A DNA stretch of 64,000 nucleotides from an uncultured Pseudomonadota bacterium. GTDB lineage: Bacteria; Oederibacteriota; Muellerivitia; Muellerivitales; Muellerivitaceae. The notes below the pieces were generated by a model that was given only the letters and a program-made list of their open reading frames with translations, was not told the DNA's origin and ran no database searches. Position numbers and translations under genes: made by a program. The stretch's first letter is position 1. Each line of letters starts with the position of its first letter. The stretch covers positions 32,001 to 96,000 of the forward strand of contig CAVYRH010000026.1 of NCBI GenBank assembly GCA_963770835.1. The letters are read 5' to 3'. This document shows, one piece after another, positions 19,299 to 28,718 of this stretch.

Positions 19299-19610
19299 TC
19301 CTCGAAGTAACAAAGAGTCCTGTTTTTACCGTCAAGCTCTCGAACTCTAAACCAATTACCTGATCCGTTTTATCCCAAATCGAATTAGGTGTTGTTACAC
19401 AGATGCCATTACTGTTTTTGGCCTAAAGAATAATTAAGGCTTAAAGAAGACATCAATTAGGCAATTATTACTTTTATCAAAATAATAATTGACCAGGAAA
19501 TGACTTAAGTCTTATAAATGCACAAGATTTATTATTCGTTTTTTTGACTTCCAAGACCGACATTAATTTTTTGCGCTCTAAATTTATTGAAAATATAAAG
19601 GAGTAATTCG

Positions 19611-19985
19611 ATGAGCGAACAGTTGAATAATCCGTTTTCTAAAGTTATTTCTCTTGGGAATGAAACCGGAACAATCACTCTACAATTAACGATTGGATAC
19701 GGGCAAGCGTACTCTAAACCGATAGCCGTTAATTTGGGGGGAACGCCTATTCCACCTTCAGCGGGCGATACCTCTTTTGCATTGGGATCGGCAAGTTCAA
19801 TAAAAAACAAAATGCTGGCTATTCACGTAGTTGTTCAAGCCATTAACCCGGGACCGCCTTGCAGGGCCAGTGTGAAGTATGTTTTGGTATCTTCCACGGG
19901 TAACACTTACCTTGACGGAGTCACTGATTTATCAACCACAGTAAATGCCGTGATTCCGTTTGGCGGCATGGTTTATTTTTCTTAA
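19611..19985 (+). CDS. Hypothetical beta-rich protein
   Basis: AAGGAG RBS; 124 aa; first gene of an AT-rich cluster. Confidence 0.7.
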   Translation: MSEQLNNPFSKVISLGNETGTITLQLTIGYGQAYSKPIAVNLGGTPIPPSAGDTSFALGSASSIKNKMLAIHVVVQAINPGPPCRASVKYVLVSSTGNTYLDGVTDLSTTVNAVIPFGGMVYFS

Positions 19986-20006
19986 AAATATTCGGAAGGA
20001 AAATCA

Positions 20007-21092
20007 ATGAAATACATAAAAAATTGGAAAATTCTGATTTCTATTATTTTTCTATTAAAAACCGGAGTTGTTTTAGCCGATACGAGTGTCCAACCGGTGA
20101 CTGAAACGGCTTTTAACCTTTTAATGCCTCCGGATAATCCAAGCGCTTTTTTTCTGGGAAAACAAATGACGACGGTGGACCAGCCAGGGCTTCCGGCCGA
20201 TTTGCAAACTTCATTAACAACCGCGGTGAATAGCTTTGGGACTCAAGATTATTCAGTTCAATTCGCACCTGTTTGGCTTTTTTGGGGTCCCGATATAAAG
20301 CGGGATGATTTCTTGAGCAATGATCCGCTCAAAACTATTCCACAATCTTTTAAAGTTTCTTTCTCCGAGGGTATTGACGCAAAGGCAAATTCTGAAACAG
20401 CTTTGGCGGCCAGTTTCACATTCTCACTCTCTAGAGGTGAACAAACGAATATTGGTGATGTTCAAAAGAGTTTAAATGACGGGCCGGCGTCCATATCCGC
20501 CCAGGAATCCAACGAAGAAGGTGCCTTGCAACCACCGGGAGACGTTGTTCAAGGTGGACCGGCTTCCATTACGGCATGGATGCAGGCGCAGCAAAAAGCG
20601 ATTGAGGCTAAGTACACGGCCGCATTGGCCTCCTTTCAACCAGTTCCTTTTCAACGATATGGCTGGGTTTTAGATTGCAACTTTGGCGGTTCTTGGGATG
20701 TGCCGGACACTCAAAGTTTAACCCTTCGTAATTTCGGCGGCTGGTTAAATGGTGGTTATGAAACATCGGGTAAATTGATTAGTATTTTAGGTGTCGTAAA
20801 AAGAATCAATGATAACCAAACGTCATCGAACAATACCTTTGATGCGGGCCTAAGGTTAATTTTTCAACCTTCCAATCAATGGGCTGTTTCGGGAGAATAC
20901 GTTGATAGCTTTTTGAATCAGTCCAGTTCCACCCCAAAATTGCGATACGACCTGAATTTGGCCTATTTGACCAGTGACAATAAAACAATCTCTTTAACAG
21001 TGGGTAGCGATCAAAACAACATACAGGGAAACTTAATAACTTTGTTAAACATTGCCGCCGCATTCGGTACAGATCGGCCAATCACCAAGTGA
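20007..21092 (+). CDS. Secreted hypothetical protein, possible C-terminal beta-barrel
   Basis: Signal peptide (VLA-D); alternating aromatic/Gly strands in the C-terminal half. Confidence 0.72.
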   Translation: MKYIKNWKILISIIFLLKTGVVLADTSVQPVTETAFNLLMPPDNPSAFFLGKQMTTVDQPGLPADLQTSLTTAVNSFGTQDYSVQFAPVWLFWGPDIKRDDFLSNDPLKTIPQSFKVSFSEGIDAKANSETALAASFTFSLSRGEQTNIGDVQKSLNDGPASISAQESNEEGALQPPGDVVQGGPASITAWMQAQQKAIEAKYTAALASFQPVPFQRYGWVLDCNFGGSWDVPDTQSLTLRNFGGWLNGGYETSGKLISILGVVKRINDNQTSSNNTFDAGLRLIFQPSNQWAVSGEYVDSFLNQSSSTPKLRYDLNLAYLTSDNKTISLTVGSDQNNIQGNLITLLNIAAAFGTDRPITK

Positions 21093-21160
21093 AATCGCCT
21101 GGTGAATAAAAAATCACATCAATAATCCTTAAAATCATTATTTTCCTCGGAGGTATAAAA

Positions 21161-21544
21161 ATGTTGGATCCTCATTTAAGAAAAATCGCAATGCATGTTG
21201 CCGCGCAGGAAAAAATTAAATTCGCCCCTTCCGCTTTCCGAAACCTTGACGAATACGATAAAAAATGGAAGGACTATGTCCAAAAAAAACTCAAAAAAGA
21301 CTGGGACCGTCCGTTGATCCATGCCACCCTGCTCGATGCAGCCATTAAAATAGGCGTTAAAAAGAAAGTGGGCGTCATTGGAGGTGAAATTGCGCAAGCG
21401 GCCATCAGGTTCACCCATCCAAAGGGACAAATGAATGAATGCTTTAATTCGGGATTGAAAATCATGCGAAACTTCTCCACCGCTAAAACCAGTAAATTGC
21501 ATCCCGATTTCACTTCCTATGTGGAGAAATCCCATGGCGCCTAA
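21161..21544 (+). CDS. Basic helical hypothetical protein
   Basis: GGAGG RBS; 127 aa; overlaps the next gene. Confidence 0.65.
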   Translation: MLDPHLRKIAMHVAAQEKIKFAPSAFRNLDEYDKKWKDYVQKKLKKDWDRPLIHATLLDAAIKIGVKKKVGVIGGEIAQAAIRFTHPKGQMNECFNSGLKIMRNFSTAKTSKLHPDFTSYVEKSHGA

Positions 21545-22355
21545 AAAACCTGGTTCCGCCACCCCCAAACCAAAAAAAATTCCGCCTGTTGGGGCAAAGG
21601 CTTTCATTCCCGTACAATCCAGCCCCCAGGGCGGGGATGATCCTCCCAAGCCCACAAACCCGGAAAGCCCTTCGCAAGAGACCGATGATGTAAGCAAATC
21701 TTTGGATATTGCTGAAACGGAAGTGAAGAGGGCCTCTGAAAACGGGCTTTTTACTACGGATAACACCTACGAAAACGAGATCGATAAAGCCCTTTCGGAA
21801 GCAAAAGAAGCCATCAAAAAAAAGGATACCGTTGAGGCCGATGCCTCAATTTATAAAGCCGGCAGGCTCCTCGATCAGGCCTGGAACAAGACCGATTTTT
21901 GGTGGCGATTCGTTAATGAATACGGTGGAATCCACCATCTCTTCACGGTCATCGGCATCCTTCTCGTGATGATCCTTTACGGCTACACCTCCGATTGTTG
22001 GCCCGACGCCATCAATAAAAACGCCTTTCTTTTCGGCATGATGGGCGCGGTGGTCCGTTGCTTTTACTGGATTACCTACCAAGCCAATATCAGGCGTTTG
22101 CAGAGGGTATGGGCCGTCCAAAACATTGTCGGGCCCCTGCTGGGCGCCATATTGGGGTGCATTACCTATTGCCTCCTGGATTCAGCCCTGATTCAAGGAT
22201 CTAACGCCAAGGGCAGCACCACGATGAACCCTTCCGGGATAGCCGTATTGGAATTCTACGCGGGTTTCAATTGGGAATGGGTCCTTGGCCTGTTGAAGAC
22301 CGTGTCCAGCAAGTTTGGGGATAAGGGCTCCACCGCGAAAAGTTCAGGAAAGTGA
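21534..22355 (+). CDS. Hypothetical membrane protein (disordered N-terminus, helical domain, ~4 C-terminal TMs)
   Basis: GGAG RBS; FGMMGAVV...GPLLGAILG...FYAGF hydrophobic segments. Confidence 0.78.
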   Translation: MAPKKPGSATPKPKKIPPVGAKAFIPVQSSPQGGDDPPKPTNPESPSQETDDVSKSLDIAETEVKRASENGLFTTDNTYENEIDKALSEAKEAIKKKDTVEADASIYKAGRLLDQAWNKTDFWWRFVNEYGGIHHLFTVIGILLVMILYGYTSDCWPDAINKNAFLFGMMGAVVRCFYWITYQANIRRLQRVWAVQNIVGPLLGAILGCITYCLLDSALIQGSNAKGSTTMNPSGIAVLEFYAGFNWEWVLGLLKTVSSKFGDKGSTAKSSGK

Positions 22356-22402
22356 AAGCGAAATAAAAAAAGGGCCTGGCCCCTATTTGATAGTTAGAAA
22401 TA

Positions 22403-22690
22403 TGGGGATTGTCTTCTGGTCCGGGCGGCCGTCACGGGCTTCTCATCCTCCACCTCAAAAGCTGGACAATCCCAATCAAATCCAACAAAAATCTGAGATT
22501 GGCCACGTAGCTCCGCTCGTAGGGGAAAAGACCCTTACGTTACCCCATTCAAAACCAAACCCTACGGCAACCGCCCCGATTGGGGCGCCTCCTCGCAATG
22601 ACAGCGGTTATTACGACGTGGTTCTAGGAACTTCCCAACCGATCGGCGATCCCGTAAAGGGTGCTCACCAGCAGGTCCCTGGTGCCACTT
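22403..22690 (-). pseudogene. Split XRE-HTH remnant (copy B) interrupted by ~185 bp that includes a GTCATTGCGAG repeat
   Basis: 22633-22690 encodes GTRDLLVSTLYGIADRLG; 22403-22445 encodes RDGRPDQKTIP; ctcctcgcaatgacagc at 22589-22605. Confidence 0.6.
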
Positions 22691-22705
22691 TATGTACCGG
22701 CTTGT

Positions 22706-22936
22706 TTACCCTCTCTCGCCTTTAAGATAAACATCCCGGATAAAGCCACCCTTTTTTAGCCTCTTCTGGACCGCCGTTTTCATGTCCCAAACCTCAACAT
22801 CCGATTTTCTCCAGGTTTGAAGGGGAATGGACTTGGCGATCATGATGGAAAGGGAAGAGCCCTGGGTGTTCTTGACAACGCCCATCACCTGCATTTTTTT
22901 GTGGAAAACCTGGGTGCCGGCCTTAAAGCGGTTCAT
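22706..22936 (-). CDS. Small basic protein, possible SH3/Tudor-like barrel
   Basis: FKAGTQVFHKK...GVV pattern; duplicated at 23918-24067. Confidence 0.65.
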   Translation of the reverse strand: MNRFKAGTQVFHKKMQVMGVVKNTQGSSLSIMIAKSIPLQTWRKSDVEVWDMKTAVQKRLKKGGFIRDVYLKGERG

Positions 22937-22952
22937 AGGTTCACTTTATACT

Positions 22953-23093
22953 TCAGGCCATGGCCGATTTTGAAGGGGTCTTTTTCTTTGCGGGGCGGCC
23001 GGAGCGGGGTTTCTTCATTCGGGGCTTCTCGAGCAGATCCTTCAAACCACATTCCAACCTATCGGCGATCCCGCAAAGGGTGCTCTTCCTCAT
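22953..23093 (-). pseudogene. XRE-HTH C-terminal remnant (copy C), 46-aa ORF
   Basis: MRKSTLCGIADRLECGLKDLLEKPRMKKPRSGRPAKKKTPSKSAMA; ATG directly follows the stop of the upstream gene. Confidence 0.6.
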
Positions 23094-23477
23094 TCATTTG
23101 TTTATCTCTTTTCTCGCTTTAAGAGATTTCTTCAAGGCATCCTCGATTTCAGTCGCGTTTTCCAAACGATCCTTAACATTGTCGCTAACCTCGTGTCCCA
23201 ACACTTGTTTTGCCACCGGTTGGACAGCTTTTATAAATTCCTGCCATTGTGGATCGGATGACCGGAGGTCTTGGGCAATAGCCCTGTCTACGGCTTGCCT
23301 GACGTAACTGGAAAACTCCGCCCCCAATTTCGCTATCGCCTCCAGCCAATATTGCTTTTGACGGGCATCAACCCGGAAGCGCAAAACCTCGTCTTTGGCT
23401 CCCCTGTGTTTTCTTAACACCTTGAAGGAAGTGACTTTTATTCGGCTGGTTTTATGGGTTTCATGAACGGTTGTCAT
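23094..23477 (-). CDS. Putative ribbon-helix-helix DNA-binding protein
   Basis: DEVLRFRVD...FSSYVRQAVDRAI; AAGGGGG RBS. Confidence 0.65.
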   Translation of the reverse strand: MTTVHETHKTSRIKVTSFKVLRKHRGAKDEVLRFRVDARQKQYWLEAIAKLGAEFSSYVRQAVDRAIAQDLRSSDPQWQEFIKAVQPVAKQVLGHEVSDNVKDRLENATEIEDALKKSLKARKEINK

Positions 23478-23516
23478 AGATCCCCCTTGTTTAGCCATAG
23501 TGTACCCACGTTGTGG

Positions 23517-23840
23517 CTACAAGTCAAGATCGGTCGGTTTTTCACTAGCCAGGTAAAACTTGTCAATCACACAGGTTTCGGCCCAAACGATATATTTGGC
23601 CCTTGCTAGGATTTGTCCATTTTCGCTTTTGACCCAAAAAGTCAAGCTTTGTAAATCCAGCCTCGGGTTTGAAAAGTATTTTTGATCGGGCGGATAAACC
23701 GTTAATTTGGATTTCAAACGCTCATAAACATCATTCAAGATTTTTTTATTCGGGTCCTTGAAAGTTATTTTGACTTTCTTTTCAACCGATTCAATTTCGA
23801 TAACCTTCCAAAGTTTAATATCTTCAGGCCGCAAGTCCAT
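23517..23840 (-). CDS. Hypothetical protein
   Basis: 107-aa AT-rich ORF. Confidence 0.6.
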   Translation of the reverse strand: MDLRPEDIKLWKVIEIESVEKKVKITFKDPNKKILNDVYERLKSKLTVYPPDQKYFSNPRLDLQSLTFWVKSENGQILARAKYIVWAETCVIDKFYLASEKPTDLDL

Positions 23841-23917
23841 GGATGCCCCAATCCGGCAAGATCAAAAGCACCTCAAGCATACTGTTTACTATTTTTCTGG
23901 ACCGCCGTTTTCATGTC

Positions 23918-24067
23918 TCAAACTTCGACATCCGATTTTCTCCAGGTTTGAAGGGGAATGGACTTGGCGATCATGATGGAAAGAGAAGAGCCCTGGGTGT
24001 TCTTGACGACGCCCATCACCTGCATTTTTTTGTGGAAAACCTGGGTGCCGGCCTTAAAGCGGTTCAT
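23918..24067 (-). pseudogene. Truncated duplicate of 22706-22936
   Basis: TGG->TGA at codon 50 relative to the intact copy. Confidence 0.85.
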
Positions 24068-24166
24068 AAGTTCACTTTATACTTCAGGCCATGGCTGATT
24101 TTGAAGGGATCTTTTTCTTTGCCGGGCGGCCGCCGCGGGGGTTCTTCAGCGGAACTTAGAGACCCA

Positions 24167-24730
24167 TTACAACATCCTCATCACCTTATACGACAAAACC
24201 GCCAAGTGCAGGCCGATTTCATAAACCGAGTAAAGGATCCAAAGAACCCCGGTGAAATTCATGAAAACGTCCTGGAACGGGTTCACGGGCGGGTATTCAA
24301 AACCCAAGGGCCTTTTTTTCAGGAAAGACCAGCCGATTAAAAAATCCAACACCCAGCTTCCAAGGCCTTGAAGTTCACCCTTGAGTAAGGTTTGGGAGAA
24401 GGACCAGCTTTTCAACACGGCCAAGATCTGGAGCTGGTTGAGGTTCCAAAGGTCGAAGGTGTCCAAAATAGCGTCGGTCATATTCCATAAAGCAAAGATC
24501 AAAAGCAGGGTTTGGGCGCCCTTCCGGTAGGAGGGGTCGGTAAAACCATAAAGAATCATCGCCAGGGTCACCACCGCGGGAAGGATATTCACGGGGAACA
24601 AATACAAGGGGGTATAGACCGCGGGATGGAAGGGATGGATTTTCTCGAAGAGGTGGAAAAAGGCCAGGCCAAAGCCCCAGGATAAAACGACCGCGAAGGG
24701 AAGGGGCTTTCTCAAGGAATCGCTGTTCAT
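24167..24730 (-). CDS. Hypothetical integral membrane protein
   Basis: About 5 hydrophobic segments; AGGAG RBS. Confidence 0.75.
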   Translation of the reverse strand: MNSDSLRKPLPFAVVLSWGFGLAFFHLFEKIHPFHPAVYTPLYLFPVNILPAVVTLAMILYGFTDPSYRKGAQTLLLIFALWNMTDAILDTFDLWNLNQLQILAVLKSWSFSQTLLKGELQGLGSWVLDFLIGWSFLKKRPLGFEYPPVNPFQDVFMNFTGVLWILYSVYEIGLHLAVLSYKVMRML

Positions 24731-24833
24731 AGATAACTCCTGTCTTATATGGATAGATTAGGCAAAACCCAACGGAACATTTATTGTAAACTAAAGCATC
24801 TGGCCGTTGTTGAATTCATATCAAGGAGACCTT

Positions 24834-26690
24834 ATGCCGCCCAAGACCGCCTGGCTCTTTCCTGAAATCAACCTCCCCCAATACATTAAAAAATATCCCT
24901 TCGTTTTTTTCTTCAGCTTCCTCAGCGCCTTCTCGCTGGCCCTGGGAACGGTGGCCCATATATTCCTGGGGCAAAATGTAGCCATTCCCGTACCCGGATC
25001 GGCCACCCTGATCCTCTGTATCCAGTTGGGCATTCCGCTTTTCGCGTTGTTGCACCTGCTGCTGGAAATGCCCCGCCCGAAATGGCTCAAGACCCCCGCG
25101 GTCGCGCATGCCCTGGGCTTCGTGGCCCTTTACCTGTGCTTCAACTATTTTCTTAACCGGGAATACCTGGACACCTCCGCGGCCTATGAGCATCTTTACC
25201 TGCTGCTGGTGGGCACCGCCCTTTGCCTGCCCCTATTGAAAATGACGGATTCCCCCCGCCGGCAATGGGCCTACCTGTCCAAGCTGCTTTTCGGCTTGTC
25301 GGGCGCCATCCTCCTCACCTTGGCCGTCAGCTTTTTCCTGCAAAAGATCCTGGCCCATATTCCCTGGCGTTATATTTCCTATTTCCTGACGGATGATTCC
25401 TATGGTAGTGACCTGGGCAACGGCATGGTCCGCGCCCTCGTTTTTCCCTGGTACCTGATCGGAGCCGTCCACCAGGCCCTGAACAGCGGCGAGGAAGGGG
25501 GGGAAGAGGGGCTGGCGATCGGGCCCAACGTCCTTTATGGGGCCATGTTCCTGGTCCTGGCCGGCTACTTCGTGGATGGGTTGATGGCGGCCAATGACAT
25601 GGCCTCCCTCTCCCTGGAATCGGACGAGTTTCTCTACGGCATTTTTACCACCTGCGTCCTGGCTTACGGCTCCTTCCTGCTCATGATTCCCGTAAGGTTG
25701 AAGGAGGACCAGGGCTGGATCACCCAGTACCAAAGAATCATTTCGGCGGTTTCCCTGCCCATCCTCTTTTTCGCGGGCTGGGTCCTGGTCAAGGGCGCCA
25801 ATTTCGGGGAAATGGCGGACTACTATTTCCTCTACGCGCTGGCCTGGTTCGTCTTTGCCTTCGCCTATTCTTTTTTCAAACCCAAGGCCGGGATGGCCTG
25901 GCCCGCCTTTTTATTGCTGGCGCTCATGGCCCTTTCCTGGGAAGGCCCCTTGGGCGTGAGGGAGCTCTCCTTTCAGCACCACCGCGCCAGCCTGGGCCGG
26001 GAATTGGCCGGGGACGGGATGCTTCAAAACGGCAAGGTGGTCAAGCCCCAGGGCCCGCTCGACGCCAAAAAATACGAAGAACTGGAAATCGACTTGACCG
26101 CCATCGCCGCCAATTTCGGCCTCGACCGCCTTCAGGCTTGGTTCACCCAGGACCTCTCCGGTTTTGGGAAGATGGAAGCCTCCAACGGTAACGGCATTTA
26201 CGGCGGCGTTTCCCGCAATGGGCCCCAGGACGCGCAAATGCTGCTTCAGATGATCGGCGTCCAGCAATGCGACACGGTGGTCCCCACCAATGAACCCAAG
26301 GAGTTTACGGCGAAAGGGGGGGGAGTTCTCAACGTGGCCGGCTATGACCAGCTCCAGCGTTTTTATTTATCGGCCACCTGCCCCGTCCTGACCCCGAGAA
26401 ACCGGGATAAATACCTCGTGAGCCTTTCGGGCCAAAACGAACTGTTGATGGTGCAATACAACGGGAATTACGTGGCGGATATTCCCCTGCAAAAAATCGA
26501 GCAGGTCCTCAAGGCGCATGATTACAGCGAGGTTTTCCAGATGGGCATCCCCCAAGAGGAAATGTCGGTGGAATTCGAGAACCCCAAGGTCAATGCGAAG
26601 GTTTACTTTGAGAATGTGCAAGCCTTCAAGACCGGCAACAACTATAAGGTTTCAGGCGGCAGCGCGGTCTTATTGATCAAACAAAAATAA
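24834..26690 (+). CDS. DUF4153-like multi-pass membrane protein with soluble C-terminal domain
   Basis: 10+ TM segments followed by GPLG...S......L...L...G.LQNGK; AAGGAG RBS. Confidence 0.75.
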   Translation: MPPKTAWLFPEINLPQYIKKYPFVFFFSFLSAFSLALGTVAHIFLGQNVAIPVPGSATLILCIQLGIPLFALLHLLLEMPRPKWLKTPAVAHALGFVALYLCFNYFLNREYLDTSAAYEHLYLLLVGTALCLPLLKMTDSPRRQWAYLSKLLFGLSGAILLTLAVSFFLQKILAHIPWRYISYFLTDDSYGSDLGNGMVRALVFPWYLIGAVHQALNSGEEGGEEGLAIGPNVLYGAMFLVLAGYFVDGLMAANDMASLSLESDEFLYGIFTTCVLAYGSFLLMIPVRLKEDQGWITQYQRIISAVSLPILFFAGWVLVKGANFGEMADYYFLYALAWFVFAFAYSFFKPKAGMAWPAFLLLALMALSWEGPLGVRELSFQHHRASLGRELAGDGMLQNGKVVKPQGPLDAKKYEELEIDLTAIAANFGLDRLQAWFTQDLSGFGKMEASNGNGIYGGVSRNGPQDAQMLLQMIGVQQCDTVVPTNEPKEFTAKGGGVLNVAGYDQLQRFYLSATCPVLTPRNRDKYLVSLSGQNELLMVQYNGNYVADIPLQKIEQVLKAHDYSEVFQMGIPQEEMSVEFENPKVNAKVYFENVQAFKTGNNYKVSGGSAVLLIKQK

Positions 26691-26764
26691 TATTAAGGCC
26701 GCCACCTTTCACGGGGCTTCTCCAGCAGAACATAGAGCCCCTTCCCAACCAAAAGGAGGGAATC

Positions 26765-27028
26765 ATGGAAACCTCGCTTAAAACGACCCTGCGATTGGAC
26801 AAGGAACTGCTCCGGCTGGCCAAAAAATACGCCCTAGAACAGGATGAAACGCTGGGGCAGGTGATCGAAGAGTCCCTGGGGTTTTTCCTCAAGCAAAAGG
26901 GAATGTCGGAAAAGACCAGTTCAAAGAACTTCTACCGTTGGGCCGAGGCCCTTTCGAAGAAGAAGGGCTTTTCGCACCTCAAGGAGGCCGACGTGGTCCG
27001 CCTGATCGGGGAAAGCCGCAGTCTTTGA
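26765..27028 (+). CDS. Orphan RHH-type antitoxin
   Basis: KTTLRLDKELLRLAKKYA; C-terminus resembles that of 13373-13618; no intact toxin follows. Confidence 0.75.
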   Translation: METSLKTTLRLDKELLRLAKKYALEQDETLGQVIEESLGFFLKQKGMSEKTSSKNFYRWAEALSKKKGFSHLKEADVVRLIGESRSL

Positions 27029-27274
27029 TTCGGGCCGCCGCGGCAACCTAAAGCGGTCAAAAAACTGCAGTTTCTGGAATGATTTGGATGGCCATGCCGA
27101 CCTTCCATAAAGCGGTTAAAGAGGTCGGTAGAGTACCGATTTCCTTAACTCCTATATGGAAAATCGACACACCTCGGCCCATAAACCGGGCTTCCTCGCC
27201 ATGACATCCAACGAATGCATCACCCTCATCCCTTTTTATTCATTAACTCCAGTAAAGTTGTCCCATAAAGAAGG

Positions 27275-28231
27275 ATGAGCCTTACGCTGGAGATGGAAAG
27301 GGCACCGATGTCCGACGAAAAATGGATCCAAAAGGCCCTTGAGCGGGCGAAGGAAAGGGAGACCCTGGCGGGGGATGGGGCCAACGAGTGTTACCGCCTG
27401 GTGGACCGGGACACGGCGGATGTCGTGGTGGACCGCTATGGGCCCTGCCTTTGGGTTTCGTGGCTGCGGCCCCATCCGCCAACCGGGGGGGACCTGTCGG
27501 CCCTCGGGAAACTGGCCCAGAGGGCGGGCTGCGGGCATTGGCTGGTGAACGCGATGGTCAACCGCGGAAAGGACCCCGGGCTCGCCCGGCGCTGGCAGAG
27601 CCCCTCTTTCCCGGGCCGGTGGCAGGCCCGGGAGGGCCCCCTGAATTTCCACTTGCGCGCCGACACGGGCTTATCGCCCGGCCTTTTCCTGGACCAGCGG
27701 GCGAACCGGCGGCGCCTGCTGGGCCAATCCAGCGGCGCGCGGGTGTTGAACCTTTTCGCCTATACCTGCTCCTTCAGCGTGGCCGCCGCCATGGGGGGAG
27801 CCTCCGCTGTCACCAGCGTGGACGTGAGCGCGCGCTTCCTGGATTGGGGCAAGGAGAACTTCGCCTTAAACGGCCTTTCCACCACGGGCCATGTCTTCAC
27901 CCGGGCCGACGCCCGGGATTACCTGGCCCTCGCCCGCAAGCGGGGCTGGCTTTTCAACACCATCGTCCTGGATCCGCCGAGCTTTTCGAGGTCGAAAGGG
28001 AAGCCCTTTTCCGCCCGCAGCGGGCTTATCCCCATGGCCAAAAACTGCGTGGACCTGCTGGTTCCCGGCGGCGAAGCGCTGGTTTGCACCAATCTTTCCA
28101 CCTGGCCTATGGAAGATTTGCGGCGGGAACTGAAGGAGGCCACGGGCTGTAACCCGTGCCCCGGCGAGAGCGATTCCGACATAACGGACGGCGCGAACGC
28201 GGCCAAGACCTTTTGGCTCAGGAAAGGGTGA
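27275..28231 (+). CDS. Class I SAM-dependent methyltransferase, RlmI/RlmK-like (start may be 27308)
   Basis: GLFLDQR.NR, VLNLFAYTCSFSV.A, VLDPPSF. Confidence 0.9.
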   Translation: MSLTLEMERAPMSDEKWIQKALERAKERETLAGDGANECYRLVDRDTADVVVDRYGPCLWVSWLRPHPPTGGDLSALGKLAQRAGCGHWLVNAMVNRGKDPGLARRWQSPSFPGRWQAREGPLNFHLRADTGLSPGLFLDQRANRRRLLGQSSGARVLNLFAYTCSFSVAAAMGGASAVTSVDVSARFLDWGKENFALNGLSTTGHVFTRADARDYLALARKRGWLFNTIVLDPPSFSRSKGKPFSARSGLIPMAKNCVDLLVPGGEALVCTNLSTWPMEDLRRELKEATGCNPCPGESDSDITDGANAAKTFWLRKG

Positions 28232-28336
28232 AAAGCAGTCGACGGTCGACAGTTCGCAGTCGGCTGTAAGGAAACGAAGGGGCCCGTAGAGTTTGGGGTA
28301 GCGATTTTTCGACAATCTTGACTATCCACACGATAG

Positions 28337-28351
28337 TCCTACAATGTAGGA
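28337..28351. promoter_or_regulatory. Putative TA operator
   Basis: Perfect inverted repeat tcctaca-a-tgtagga. Confidence 0.6.
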
Positions 28352-28370
28352 TATCAAGAAAGGTTGGGTG

Positions 28371-28718
28371 ATGGAACAGCATCATTTCATTCAGTCACCC
28401 ATCTACTCGAGACTAATCGACGCCATTCGTGAGGAGGGGCTGCAAACCGCGATTGAAGAAGCCATCAACAACAACCCAAATGGCGGGAAGCTTTTAGGGC
28501 GCGGCATTCATAAGTTGCGCGTTGCCTCGACCAAAAGGCCGGAAGGGAAAAGCGGTGGTTACCGGGTTTGGTACTTTTTTGATGAGCCCGATGATATTTA
28601 TCTCTTTTTCATCATTGATAAACGAAAAGCTCCGGATCTGACGGTTGAACAAGAAAAGATCCTAGTCCAGGATTTACGGCAGGCTTTAGGAAAAGGGAAA
28701 ACAGGAGGGAAGAAATGA
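28371..28718 (+). CDS. RelE/HigB-like toxin
   Basis: P..G......GIHKLRVA.....GKSGGYRVWY. Confidence 0.88.
   Translation: MEQHHFIQSPIYSRLIDAIREEGLQTAIEEAINNNPNGGKLLGRGIHKLRVASTKRPEGKSGGYRVWYFFDEPDDIYLFFIIDKRKAPDLTVEQEKILVQDLRQALGKGKTGGKK

Larger units (their letters stand above)
22764..24132 (+). repeat. ~237-bp direct repeat (22764-23001 and 23895-24132)
   Basis: Near-identical by eye, with scattered substitutions. Confidence 0.95.

Noticed and set aside
19093..19363. Plus-strand ORFs 19093-19350 and 19121-19363 (also 22315-22725, 22817-23122, 23843-24340)
   Set aside because: Antisense shadows of the HTH remnants and the duplicated small gene
17007..24800. Integron cassette array
   Set aside because: No intI and no RYYYAAC...GTTRRRY attC structures seen; junction repeats are coding remnants
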